Part shown: piece by piece, positions 1 through 8,224 of the stretch
How positions within the stretch are numbered: the first letter of the stretch is position 1
Layout: every line of letters begins with the position of its first letter
From: an uncultured Candidatus Saccharibacteria bacterium
Lineage (GTDB): Bacteria > Patescibacteriota > Dojkabacteria > SC72
Assembly: GCA_964629715.1 (NCBI GenBank)
Contig: CAZVQY010000001.1
Coordinates: 1-58,705, forward strand
Length of the DNA: 58,705 bases
Direction: 5' to 3'
The notes under the pieces: model-generated
What the model saw: only the letters and a program-made list of their open reading frames with translations
Databases searched by the model: none
What the model was told of the DNA's origin: nothing
Made by a program: the position numbers and the translations under genes

Positions 1-1
1 A

Positions 2-78
2 TGGTGGGCGATACGGGGCTCGAACCTGTGACCTCCACAATGTCAATGTGACGCTCTAACCAGCTGAGCTAATCGCCC
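2..78 (-). tRNA. tRNA-Val (anticodon GAC), 3' CCA encoded
   Basis: The reverse complement reads GGGCGAT-TA-GCTC..GAGC-G-TCACA-TTGACAT-TGTGG-AGGTC-ACAGG-TTCGAGC-CCCGT-ATCGCCC-A-CCA. It has a 7-bp acceptor stem, an anticodon loop carrying GAC and a GTTCGA T-loop. There is one A:C mismatch in the T stem. Confidence 0.85.
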
Positions 79-92
79 ACAACAAACATATT

Positions 93-1034
93 TTACCATA
101 CATCCTTTATACTTGGAATTCCATACTTCTTTCCAAACTGCTTGTACCATACACCCTTTATATAATCCCCTGCATTTGCCAATGAATCGCCATGAACATG
201 TAGTTTCAGATTCTCATCTAAGTATGGAAACAAAACATAACTAGTTCCGTCAGTCTTCATACAATATATTGGAAGAATTCTGTCTTCTGGAGGATAACCT
301 CCTGTAATAAGTAATTCATTTAGAATAATTCTAAGGTGATGATCTCCTTCCACTTCCCCTACTCTAAGTTCTAATCTGTTCTTAGGATTCTTCTTGTTGT
401 ATTTCCCTGCAAAGTTCTTTACATATTTATCTAAATCTCTAAGATTGCTTTCTCCCAATAGCATTAAAATTACTCTTGTTATATCCTCCCCATTAAAAAC
501 TTGTTCTAAAGATTTCCTTAGTAGCATACTCTCAGTATTCTTCCTTGTTTCAATTGCTTCCTCTCTTCTGATAAATTTCTCTTCCGCAAAATATGCATCT
601 CTAATGCATTTCTCCATATTTTGCAATTGCCCTATTCTAACTGAAAGAATATCTTGTCCCTCAAATTGTCCTAGGTTCACTGGAATTAGTGCAACAACCT
701 TCTCCCCCGATTTTAGGTAAGTTACATCTTGGGATATTGGTGCTCTCTCAGTGACAATACTCATAGAGTCATATATGTCAGCAATATCATTTGGATTATT
801 TATTTGGCTTGAGCTTATTGCAACCTTCTTAGGGAAAGACTTATCTATAACTAATTTATTCAAAAAGTCCTTAAAATCAACAGCATATATTTCCTCAATT
901 TCTAGTACGGAAGGTTCTTCTAAGCGATCAGAAAGAAGCATCTCGGTAGTATGTTTGTATGCTTGAATTAAGTTGTTTGCTCTGTAATCATCTGAAATTG
1001 GATCTTCAGATTCTGTGTCATATCTCTCTGGCAT
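93..1034 (-). CDS. hypothetical protein (313 aa) coupled to clpP; family not recognised
   Basis: The ORF is uninterrupted with ATG at 1032-1034. It starts 3 nt after the clpP stop and ends 14 nt before tRNA-Val. It has an acidic N-terminus, no Walker A, no TM segment, no CxxC pairs and no motif I can assign. Confidence 0.7.
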   Translation of the reverse strand: MPERYDTESEDPISDDYRANNLIQAYKHTTEMLLSDRLEEPSVLEIEEIYAVDFKDFLNKLVIDKSFPKKVAISSSQINNPNDIADIYDSMSIVTERAPISQDVTYLKSGEKVVALIPVNLGQFEGQDILSVRIGQLQNMEKCIRDAYFAEEKFIRREEAIETRKNTESMLLRKSLEQVFNGEDITRVILMLLGESNLRDLDKYVKNFAGKYNKKNPKNRLELRVGEVEGDHHLRIILNELLITGGYPPEDRILPIYCMKTDGTSYVLFPYLDENLKLHVHGDSLANAGDYIKGVWYKQFGKKYGIPSIKDVW

Positions 1035-1036
1035 AA

Positions 1037-1618
1037 TTATCTTTTTCTAATTATTTTATCTACTAAACCGTAGGCTTTCGCCTCAGTGGCAGTAAAATAT
1101 TTGTCTCTATCAGCATCCTTAGTAATCTGAGCGACACTCTGTCCTGTTTTCTCAGAGAGCATTCTGTAGAGTTGTTCTCTAATCTTCATAATCTCTTCAG
1201 CCTCTATAGCGATATCACTAGCCTGTCCTTTTACTCCCCCAAGTGGTTGGTGAATATGAATCTTGCTATTTGGTAGAGCAAATCTTTTGCCCTTGGCTCC
1301 ATGAATAAGGATCATAGTCCCCATGGATGCAGCTAATCCTACAGCTGTAGTCGATACATCAGGTTTGATATAGTTCATGGTATCAATAATTGCCATTCCT
1401 GCAGTAATATGACCACCTGGAGAATTAATAAACATCTGAATATCAGCATTTGGATCTTCTTTCTCTAAAAACAATAACTGAGCAACTACAGTATTAGCCA
1501 TGTTCGTTTCGATATCATCACTTACAAAAACTATCCTGTCCTTAAGTAATCTAGAATATATATCATATGCCCTCTCACCACCCTTCTCTTTCTCAATAAC
1601 TGTAGGTATTAATGTCAT
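1037..1618 (-). CDS. clpP: ATP-dependent Clp protease proteolytic subunit ClpP
   Basis: The N-terminus reads [17 protein letters not shown]. The catalytic Ser context is GLAASMG, the His context is IHIHQPLGG and the Asp context is [10 protein letters not shown]. It lies directly downstream of tig. Confidence 0.95.
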   Translation of the reverse strand: MTLIPTVIEKEKGGERAYDIYSRLLKDRIVFVSDDIETNMANTVVAQLLFLEKEDPNADIQMFINSPGGHITAGMAIIDTMNYIKPDVSTTAVGLAASMGTMILIHGAKGKRFALPNSKIHIHQPLGGVKGQASDIAIEAEEIMKIREQLYRMLSEKTGQSVAQITKDADRDKYFTATEAKAYGLVDKIIRKR

Positions 1619-1636
1619 ATTCCAAATAATAATAAA

Positions 1637-2665
1637 TTACTTTGTTCCTAAAATCTGCTCAATAAACGTCTTAAATGCCAATTCCTTCTCAGTAATTCTC
1701 CTAACATACTCTCTCCACTCCTCATTCTCGTAAATAGTTGGATCTGTGTCTTCCGGTGCCCCTTTCTTAATTGTCTCAATCTTCTCTATTAACACCTTCT
1801 CATCTACCTTAATTCCCTTCTCTTTAGCATACAACTTAAGGAAAACATCACTCTCAAGGGCATCTTTAGCATCCTTCTGCCATAACTCTTTCATCTTCTC
1901 CATGGAAATATTGTTTGCCTCAAGGAATTTCTCCACCTTCTGGTCGTCGTGATCCATATCATGTAGAAAGGAGTGCTCTCTCTCATGGGCCTCATAATCA
2001 ATTGCTGCCTGTGGTATCTCTATCTTTGAAAGAGCTATAGCCTGTGCAAAAGCATCATCCTCTTGCCTCCTCTGCTCATATAGGCCCTTCTGTTTTTCAA
2101 GAAGATCCTTCACATATTTCTTCAAATCTTCCAATGTCTTTATGTTATCAATCTTCATCAATTTTGCTATTTCATTAGCCCAAGCATCATCCATCTTCTT
2201 CGCCTTTGTCTTATTTCCTTCGAATACATTCTCGAGAGCATCCCCTAGCTCCTTTTCACTAACCTCATACTTCTCTTTCTTAACCTTAATCTTCTTCATG
2301 TCGCCTAGCTTAAACTCAGGCATAATTTGTATCTCAACAACTAAAACTAGTTCCTCATCTTTAGAGAAATCAGGGAAACTTTTGTATGTAGGAGGTGCAA
2401 TTGGAGAAAGATTCTCTTTCTGTAGTGCAGTGGTAAGGTACATAGGAACCATCTTCTCAAATGTTTGAATCTTAACCGTATTCTTCATCTCTGGTTCAAT
2501 TAAATCAGTTGGAACTTTTCCTTTTCTAAAACCATCAAGTTTTGTATTACTCAACTCCTGTTCTAAAACAGCTTTGTAGCTCTTATTGAAAGAATCCTTT
2601 GGAATTGTAATTGTGAATTCAACAGTATTTTCGCTAATATCTTTTCTAGTGTAAAAATTATCCAT
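1637..2665 (-). CDS. tig: trigger factor, short form lacking the central PPIase domain
   Basis: The ribosome-binding signature GFRKGKVP sits in the N domain. The N domain runs straight into the helical C domain with no FKBP-like segment. The protein is 342 aa versus about 430 typically, and sits upstream of clpP. Confidence 0.85.
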   Translation of the reverse strand: MDNFYTRKDISENTVEFTITIPKDSFNKSYKAVLEQELSNTKLDGFRKGKVPTDLIEPEMKNTVKIQTFEKMVPMYLTTALQKENLSPIAPPTYKSFPDFSKDEELVLVVEIQIMPEFKLGDMKKIKVKKEKYEVSEKELGDALENVFEGNKTKAKKMDDAWANEIAKLMKIDNIKTLEDLKKYVKDLLEKQKGLYEQRRQEDDAFAQAIALSKIEIPQAAIDYEAHEREHSFLHDMDHDDQKVEKFLEANNISMEKMKELWQKDAKDALESDVFLKLYAKEKGIKVDEKVLIEKIETIKKGAPEDTDPTIYENEEWREYVRRITEKELAFKTFIEQILGTK

Positions 2666-2696
2666 TATGTGTAATATTTAAATTATGTCGCTAATT

Positions 2697-3383
2697 CTAT
2701 ACTTTTTGATACAATTTGTCTAGCTTAGCTATGATAACCAATCTTTTTTCTGAAGTCCATAATGGTGTACAGGTTATTAGGGTTAGACGATAGTCGTCTG
2801 TATCTTTAACAACAGAGATATCATTTGCTTCCGCTATCCTTTTTTCTGTGACAATATATGTAAATTCCCCATCATTATGCTTAACTTTAATCTCATCTCC
2901 GATATTAATTTTATCTAGATTGAAGAAGGTATCCTTTGCTGGAGGAATATTCATAAAACGATGGCCAATTATGACAAAGTTTCCTTTGTGACCAGGATAT
3001 GTAGAACTTGGGAAATGCCAAAAGCCCTTGTCCATAGTATATGCGTCCACACCTTGGAAGATCTTCCCATCGATGAGGAGATTATCGATAGTGAGGGATG
3101 CCCCTAATTCCTCTAATACCTTCCTGTCCAGAATGATATCTGCACCTTTTACTGATTCCTCAATTGATCCCTCTACGAATTCCTCCTCTTTAAATTTGTC
3201 CTTTGTCGGGGAAAGAGTGGTAAGAAGGTTTATGGTTGTATCTTTTGTGAGAGCATATATGTCCAATGAATTCTTTTTTAGTACGATATCATTATACTGT
3301 GGATATATTATGAAAAAAGCAATTGGAGTCAGAGCCAATAGTATGAGGAAAAGAGTTGTAAGTATTTTGAGTGTATTTTTCAT
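2697..3383 (-). CDS. sortase family transpeptidase
   Basis: It has an N-terminal TM helix (ILTTLFLILLALTPIAFFIIY), His in VIIGHR, catalytic Cys in TLITCTP (TLxTC) and a downstream Arg (EKRLVI). Confidence 0.85.
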   Translation of the reverse strand: MKNTLKILTTLFLILLALTPIAFFIIYPQYNDIVLKKNSLDIYALTKDTTINLLTTLSPTKDKFKEEEFVEGSIEESVKGADIILDRKVLEELGASLTIDNLLIDGKIFQGVDAYTMDKGFWHFPSSTYPGHKGNFVIIGHRFMNIPPAKDTFFNLDKINIGDEIKVKHNDGEFTYIVTEKRIAEANDISVVKDTDDYRLTLITCTPLWTSEKRLVIIAKLDKLYQKV

Positions 3384-3484
3384 TTCTTCCCCCTATTCTA
3401 CTAAATTTATTAAAGTGTTGCATTAAATCCCGAATTATATTATTCTTAGACAGGGAGTATATAAATTATAATATAGGACTTAAA

Positions 3485-4450
3485 GTGGCTAAAAAGAAAA
3501 CTAAGTCTGCCCAAATAAAAACTACCCAAAAGAAAACAGCTAAAACTGTTAAAACACAGAGACCTGTTGCTAAAGAAAGCATGGTTTCAAAGGTTGAGAT
3601 TCAACAGAAGAGTAATAATACTCTTTCCAAAATCATAGGAACTCTCCTAATTGTATTGGGGATTCTTCTTATAGGATATGGTATTTTCTCATATTTTAAG
3701 TCAAACAGAGAACCTAAGTTAGATGAGGTTCTTGTTCCTCCAACTACATCTGAGACACAGGCTATGACAAATGGTGAGAATATTATTGTTAAGGGTAGTG
3801 CTGATGGTTATGATAAGGTTTTAGTATATGTTGACAATGAAGAAGTCGGTAAGGCGAAAGTGGGGAAAGATGGAATATATGAGTATGAGCATAAGGTGGA
3901 AAAGGAGGGGAAGTATATTATCTCTACAGCTGCTATAAGGGGATTCTTAAAGAAATTTATTACTCCAAAATCTAATCCTATTGTTATTACTGTTGATAGG
4001 ACTGCTCCAGAACTAGAAGAGATTAAATATTCAAATGAGGTTGGTACAGACAATTTTGGTGTTATTGGCAAAGCTGAACCAGGAAGTACAGTTTTAGTCA
4101 AAAGAGGCACAGATATATATGAAGCAAAAGTTGATGAGACTGGCCTATTTGCAATCAAGGGTATTTCTTTAGATGAAGGTCCAAATGTTTATTCTATTGA
4201 GCTTAAGGATAACGCTGGTAATGTAAGACAGATTGAGAAGAAGATAGAGGTTACATACTCTAAGGAGAGCAGTGTAAATGGAAATGCTGTCGTAGATGAG
4301 AATCTTCCAGTTGCTTCAGGTGAATTAGAAGCAGCTCTTTCCGTACTTAGAGATGGCAAGATTATGCTAATGCTGGGTATTATTGCATTTATTGCTTTCT
4401 TGGCTTCATCAGGTGTAGTTCTTGCAAAAAGGCATAGAATAGAAGAGTAG
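3485..4450 (+). CDS. cell-surface protein with two Ig-like domains and a C-terminal LPVASG sorting-signal-like tail
   Basis: GTG at 3485 is preceded by AGGA. Alternative starts are ATG 3581 and the track start GTG 3371, which overlaps the sortase start. The protein has a basic N-terminal region, a TM/signal anchor, AEPGSTV..DETG..DNAGN Ig-like repeats, then LPVASG (4304-4321), a hydrophobic helix and a KRHR tail. Confidence 0.7.
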   Translation: MAKKKTKSAQIKTTQKKTAKTVKTQRPVAKESMVSKVEIQQKSNNTLSKIIGTLLIVLGILLIGYGIFSYFKSNREPKLDEVLVPPTTSETQAMTNGENIIVKGSADGYDKVLVYVDNEEVGKAKVGKDGIYEYEHKVEKEGKYIISTAAIRGFLKKFITPKSNPIVITVDRTAPELEEIKYSNEVGTDNFGVIGKAEPGSTVLVKRGTDIYEAKVDETGLFAIKGISLDEGPNVYSIELKDNAGNVRQIEKKIEVTYSKESSVNGNAVVDENLPVASGELEAALSVLRDGKIMLMLGIIAFIAFLASSGVVLAKRHRIEE

Positions 4451-4498
4451 TCTGTGTTATATTAATAGATATAGACATTAAGTTTTAAGAGCGAATCT

Positions 4499-5602
4499 AT
4501 GCCTAAGATATATTCTGTCGAAAACGAGAACAGCGAGATAGGAGACTCTAAAATAAAGAGGATACAAGTAGATTTATCTCCTCAATTGTTGGGATTGATA
4601 TTTATAGTTCTTGCTATAATATTCTTTGGCAAACAGTTATTGTCAATAGTATTGTTTTTAATGCTTTCATTTGTATTTATGTGTATGATGAGGCCAATTG
4701 TTAATTGGTTTATGAAGAAGAAAGTCCCAAAGGGATGGGCAATTTTCTTTGCTTATGCTAGTTTTACTCTCTTCTCATTAATACTTATTGCAATAATCAT
4801 AGTTCCATTAATCAATCAGACAGAGAGTCTTGTACGAACACTGCCAAAGTGGATAGAGCAAGTCATTGATTGGTTGAATGGGATAAATATTGGTGGGAAA
4901 GTAATCGATACCGCAGCGATTGAAGAAACTACGGCTGCTTGGCTCAAAGAGTTCCCCAATGCAGATAACTTCAAGAGTGTCACTACAATGCTTGGAGGCG
5001 TGTTTAATGGTTTTGCAACATTCTTTTCTGCAATTGTTCTCTCTGTATACCTAGTTTCCGAACATGAATCACTTACAGATATTCTATTTATGCGAATAAG
5101 ATCTATAGGGAAGAAAGATAGAGTAGAACAGTTAATTGCTGATGTGGAACATAAATTGGGGAGTTGGGTATTAGGGCAAGGCACAGTGAGTTTGCTTGCA
5201 ATGATGTTCGCTGCTGTAGCGCTCTCTATCCTGAGAGTGCCATTCGCAATCCCCCTAGCGGTTCTTGTAGGGATTTTGGATGCTGTCCCAACTATTGGTG
5301 CCTCATTAGCTGCAATCATAGTTGGAATTGTTGCACTCATAGCAGTAGGGCCTGTTAATGGAATAATCCTTATGGTATTAATGGTCCTCTATCAACAGGT
5401 AGAGAACAACATAATTGTTCCAAAGGTAATGGGCAATGTGGTTGGGTTAAAACCACTTTACATCCTTGTAGGGGCAATCATCATGCTAATCATCGCTGGT
5501 CCTATGGGAGCAATCATTTCAGTTCCCCTACTCGTTCTAATCAAGATTGCATATGAATTCTATATAGACTTGCAAAAACTTGAAGCTAAAGGTATTGTGT
5601 AA
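4499..5602 (+). CDS. AI-2E (PerM/UPF0118) family membrane transporter
   Basis: It is a polytopic membrane protein. The family-typical C-terminal half includes ILDAVPTIGA and QQVENNIIVPKVMGNVVGLKPL. Confidence 0.75.
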   Translation: MPKIYSVENENSEIGDSKIKRIQVDLSPQLLGLIFIVLAIIFFGKQLLSIVLFLMLSFVFMCMMRPIVNWFMKKKVPKGWAIFFAYASFTLFSLILIAIIIVPLINQTESLVRTLPKWIEQVIDWLNGINIGGKVIDTAAIEETTAAWLKEFPNADNFKSVTTMLGGVFNGFATFFSAIVLSVYLVSEHESLTDILFMRIRSIGKKDRVEQLIADVEHKLGSWVLGQGTVSLLAMMFAAVALSILRVPFAIPLAVLVGILDAVPTIGASLAAIIVGIVALIAVGPVNGIILMVLMVLYQQVENNIIVPKVMGNVVGLKPLYILVGAIIMLIIAGPMGAIISVPLLVLIKIAYEFYIDLQKLEAKGIV

Positions 5603-5635
5603 GAAGATAACGAAATAATTTTTGTACTGCCCAGT

Positions 5636-8182
5636 ATGATAGAGAGTGAGAGCAAGAAAACAATCCCTGTATACTTTTTTGATGATTATTCTGCGAAAGA
5701 ATTAAATGAGAATAAGGTAGGAAGAAAAGGTTTGAGTTTGTTCAGGCTAAAGGATATGGATGTTCCTGTACCAGAGTTTTTTGTTGTTTCTTCTGATGTA
5801 TTTGTAGATTTCATATTGAAGGCATTTAATGGTGGGAAATCAAGGATTCTTGCAAATGGAAGAAATCCCGAGAATAAAGAGGTTGAAGAACTACTTTTGA
5901 AGGAAGAATTTTCTAAAGAGGTACTAGACGATATCCTGTCTGCATATACAAGGCTCTCTGGCTTTAGTGATGCATGGGTTTCGGTAAGGTCATCAGTAGT
6001 ATTTACCCAGAATAAGGATGTTTCATTTAGTGGAATCTTCTCTACAGAATTGAATGTCAGAAAATATGATGAACTTCTACATTCAATAAAAAGAATATAT
6101 GCTTCGATGTTCTCAGATGATGTTGTTGCGTATGCGAACAGAATGAATATTGATCTTTCTCAGGCAAAAATCTCTGTGGTTGTACAGAAGATGGTACAAT
6201 CCGAAGTAGCAGGGGTTGTCTATACAACTGACCCTATCACTCAGGATAGAACAAAAATGAGTATTGAGGCCGTCTACGGTCTTGGAGATGTTATCTCATT
6301 GGGTGAGATAGCTCCCGACACATATGTCCTTAATAAAAAAGACCTTTCTACAGCAGAGAAACATATCTCTCCTCAGGAATGGATGAAGGTTAGAACCATG
6401 AGAAAAACGGCTAAAGGAGTTATTGGGATTGAGAAAATTAAAATTTCTAGAAACTGGAGTCACAAGCAGAAATTATCAGACAGAGATATTCAAGAAATTG
6501 CAAAAATATCCTTGGTTATTGAAGACAAGGGAAATGATGCCCAAAATGTTGAGTGGGTTCTCTCTGGAGGGAAATTTTGGATTCTTCAGAACAAACCTAT
6601 TAGATATATCTCCCTTTCAGATGTAATTACCTCTGGATCGGAGTATTTTGTTCGAAAAAATATTAGAGAGGTAATCCTAGGTCTTATCGAGAAATACAAG
6701 AGTGAAGATCAAATGATTTCATCTGCAATGAGTGAAGCAAAGAAGATTGTTGAGAGAAACAATGATGAAGAAGTAATAAGACTTGAGAAACTCATCTCTG
6801 AAGCAAGAAGAGAGCTTGATAGCAAACTCACTGCACCAGAAACCAAGCGGGACGACTTCGTAATTTCTGGGATTGGTGCAAGTTTTGGCACGGCAAAAGG
6901 AAGGATAAGAATTGTATCTGGTGGGACAGGGAAGAGATACTCTCGTGATGAAATTCTATTAATTCAGAAATATTCTTCTGAAATGGAGTCTATGATTCTT
7001 TCTTCTGGGGGAATAATTATGGAAGCAGGAGGTCTCACAAGTGATACTGCAATCCTTTGTAGGGAATTTGCAATACCAGCAGTTGTAGGTGCTACTGGAG
7101 CATCATCACTACTTGTTGAAGGTGATTGGGTAAAAATTGATGGGAATTCTGGGACAATTTATAAAAACGAAAAGGGTAAAGTTGAGGAGTCAGATATTCA
7201 TCCAATAGTCAATGCATATACCAAAGGAGAACTATCCGGAATGGAAGGAATGATGTCTAGCAAAACAGAAGCTGTAAGTGAGGAGCTCCCACCAAAAGAT
7301 ATAACCCTACCCCCTTCAGCCACAAGGATATTCTCAATGGTTACAGATAGTAGCGAAAATATGTTTAAATTCGTGGGAGATTCTCACGGATTAGTATATA
7401 TTGATCTAGACAGAATAATCATTGAAGATGGTAGGCACCCTCTCCAATATGTAGAGGACAAGAAATTCCTTGATTATACAAAGAAAATCTGTGAGAAAAT
7501 TCTAAGCTATGTAAATCTGGCCCAAGGAAATGATGTGATTCTCACAATTGGTTCATGCAGGGTAAAGGATTTCAGATCTCTGGTTGGTGGAAAGAAATAT
7601 GAGAATGACTCGCTTTCTCTTGAGGCACTCGGTGCATTACACTACATAAATAATCCTGAGCTTCTTACAAGGGTTGCTAGAATTATTAGGAGAATTAGGA
7701 ATGTGTACAAAAAAAGGAATGTATCCCTTGGAATTCACTCCGTGATGAATGAAGATTACATGGTTGAGATTAAGAAGCAACTTTCTGGCGAGAATTTAAA
7801 AAGGACATCCTCTTTCAGTATTTATGCAGTATTGGATAATCCATCTGAAATCATTCTTGCTGATGAAATAGCAAATGCAAAAATTGATGGAATTATATTA
7901 AATATGCCAAGAATTGCAATGCAGATGCAAGGCTTCAAAATTGAGGATGTTGATGCACGATATGACCTAGCAAGGCATAGTGTATTTAAGGTATTAGATA
8001 ATCTCCTTCAGGAAATTAAGGGAAAGTTGAATGAGGTAATAGTTGTTGTCGAAGACTCTAAACCTCTCTTAAGATATTGTGTAAGAGCAGGTGTTTTCGG
8101 AGTAGCGGTTTTGCCCGAGGAGATTAGAGAGTCACGAAAAACTGCCGCTGATGAAGAGGCCAAAATTATCCTAGGGAAATAG
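5636..8182 (+). CDS. PEP synthase / pyruvate phosphate dikinase-family paralog with substituted catalytic residues (possible pseudoenzyme)
   Basis: It has the three-domain PpsA-like layout. The N-terminal ATP-grasp region contains VGRKGLSLFRL, VRSS, VVQKMV and VEWV..ILQNKP. The central swivel domain reads GGLTSDTAILCREFAIPAVVG. The C-terminal region aligns by eye to the PEP/pyruvate domain (VGGKKYE). The canonical TSH His is Asp (codon gat at 7043-7045). Confidence 0.8.
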   Translation: MIESESKKTIPVYFFDDYSAKELNENKVGRKGLSLFRLKDMDVPVPEFFVVSSDVFVDFILKAFNGGKSRILANGRNPENKEVEELLLKEEFSKEVLDDILSAYTRLSGFSDAWVSVRSSVVFTQNKDVSFSGIFSTELNVRKYDELLHSIKRIYASMFSDDVVAYANRMNIDLSQAKISVVVQKMVQSEVAGVVYTTDPITQDRTKMSIEAVYGLGDVISLGEIAPDTYVLNKKDLSTAEKHISPQEWMKVRTMRKTAKGVIGIEKIKISRNWSHKQKLSDRDIQEIAKISLVIEDKGNDAQNVEWVLSGGKFWILQNKPIRYISLSDVITSGSEYFVRKNIREVILGLIEKYKSEDQMISSAMSEAKKIVERNNDEEVIRLEKLISEARRELDSKLTAPETKRDDFVISGIGASFGTAKGRIRIVSGGTGKRYSRDEILLIQKYSSEMESMILSSGGIIMEAGGLTSDTAILCREFAIPAVVGATGASSLLVEGDWVKIDGNSGTIYKNEKGKVEESDIHPIVNAYTKGELSGMEGMMSSKTEAVSEELPPKDITLPPSATRIFSMVTDSSENMFKFVGDSHGLVYIDLDRIIIEDGRHPLQYVEDKKFLDYTKKICEKILSYVNLAQGNDVILTIGSCRVKDFRSLVGGKKYENDSLSLEALGALHYINNPELLTRVARIIRRIRNVYKKRNVSLGIHSVMNEDYMVEIKKQLSGENLKRTSSFSIYAVLDNPSEIILADEIANAKIDGIILNMPRIAMQMQGFKIEDVDARYDLARHSVFKVLDNLLQEIKGKLNEVIVVVEDSKPLLRYCVRAGVFGVAVLPEEIRESRKTAADEEAKIILGK

Positions 8183-8224
8183 TGCCTAGTTAACACAGCT
8201 TCCTGTGTGATATACTTCCCATAT

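Noticed and set aside
2-78. An A:C mismatch in the T stem of tRNA-Val, which might suggest a pseudogene.
   Set aside because: All other cloverleaf elements, the anticodon loop and the encoded CCA are intact, and single mismatches are common. It is kept as a functional tRNA, pending tRNAscan-SE scoring.
183-200. An HVHGDS motif in the clpP-linked ORF, which resembles the metallo-beta-lactamase HxHxDH signature.
   Set aside because: It lies about 30 residues from the C-terminus rather than in the N-terminal third. It lacks the final His, and no other MBL motifs are visible. It is probably coincidental.
3371-3484. An N-terminal extension of the surface-protein ORF, using the GTG at 3371.
   Set aside because: It would overlap the divergent sortase start and encodes an implausible hydrophobic leader. 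GTG 3485 (with AGGA upstream) or ATG 3581 give sensible N-termini.
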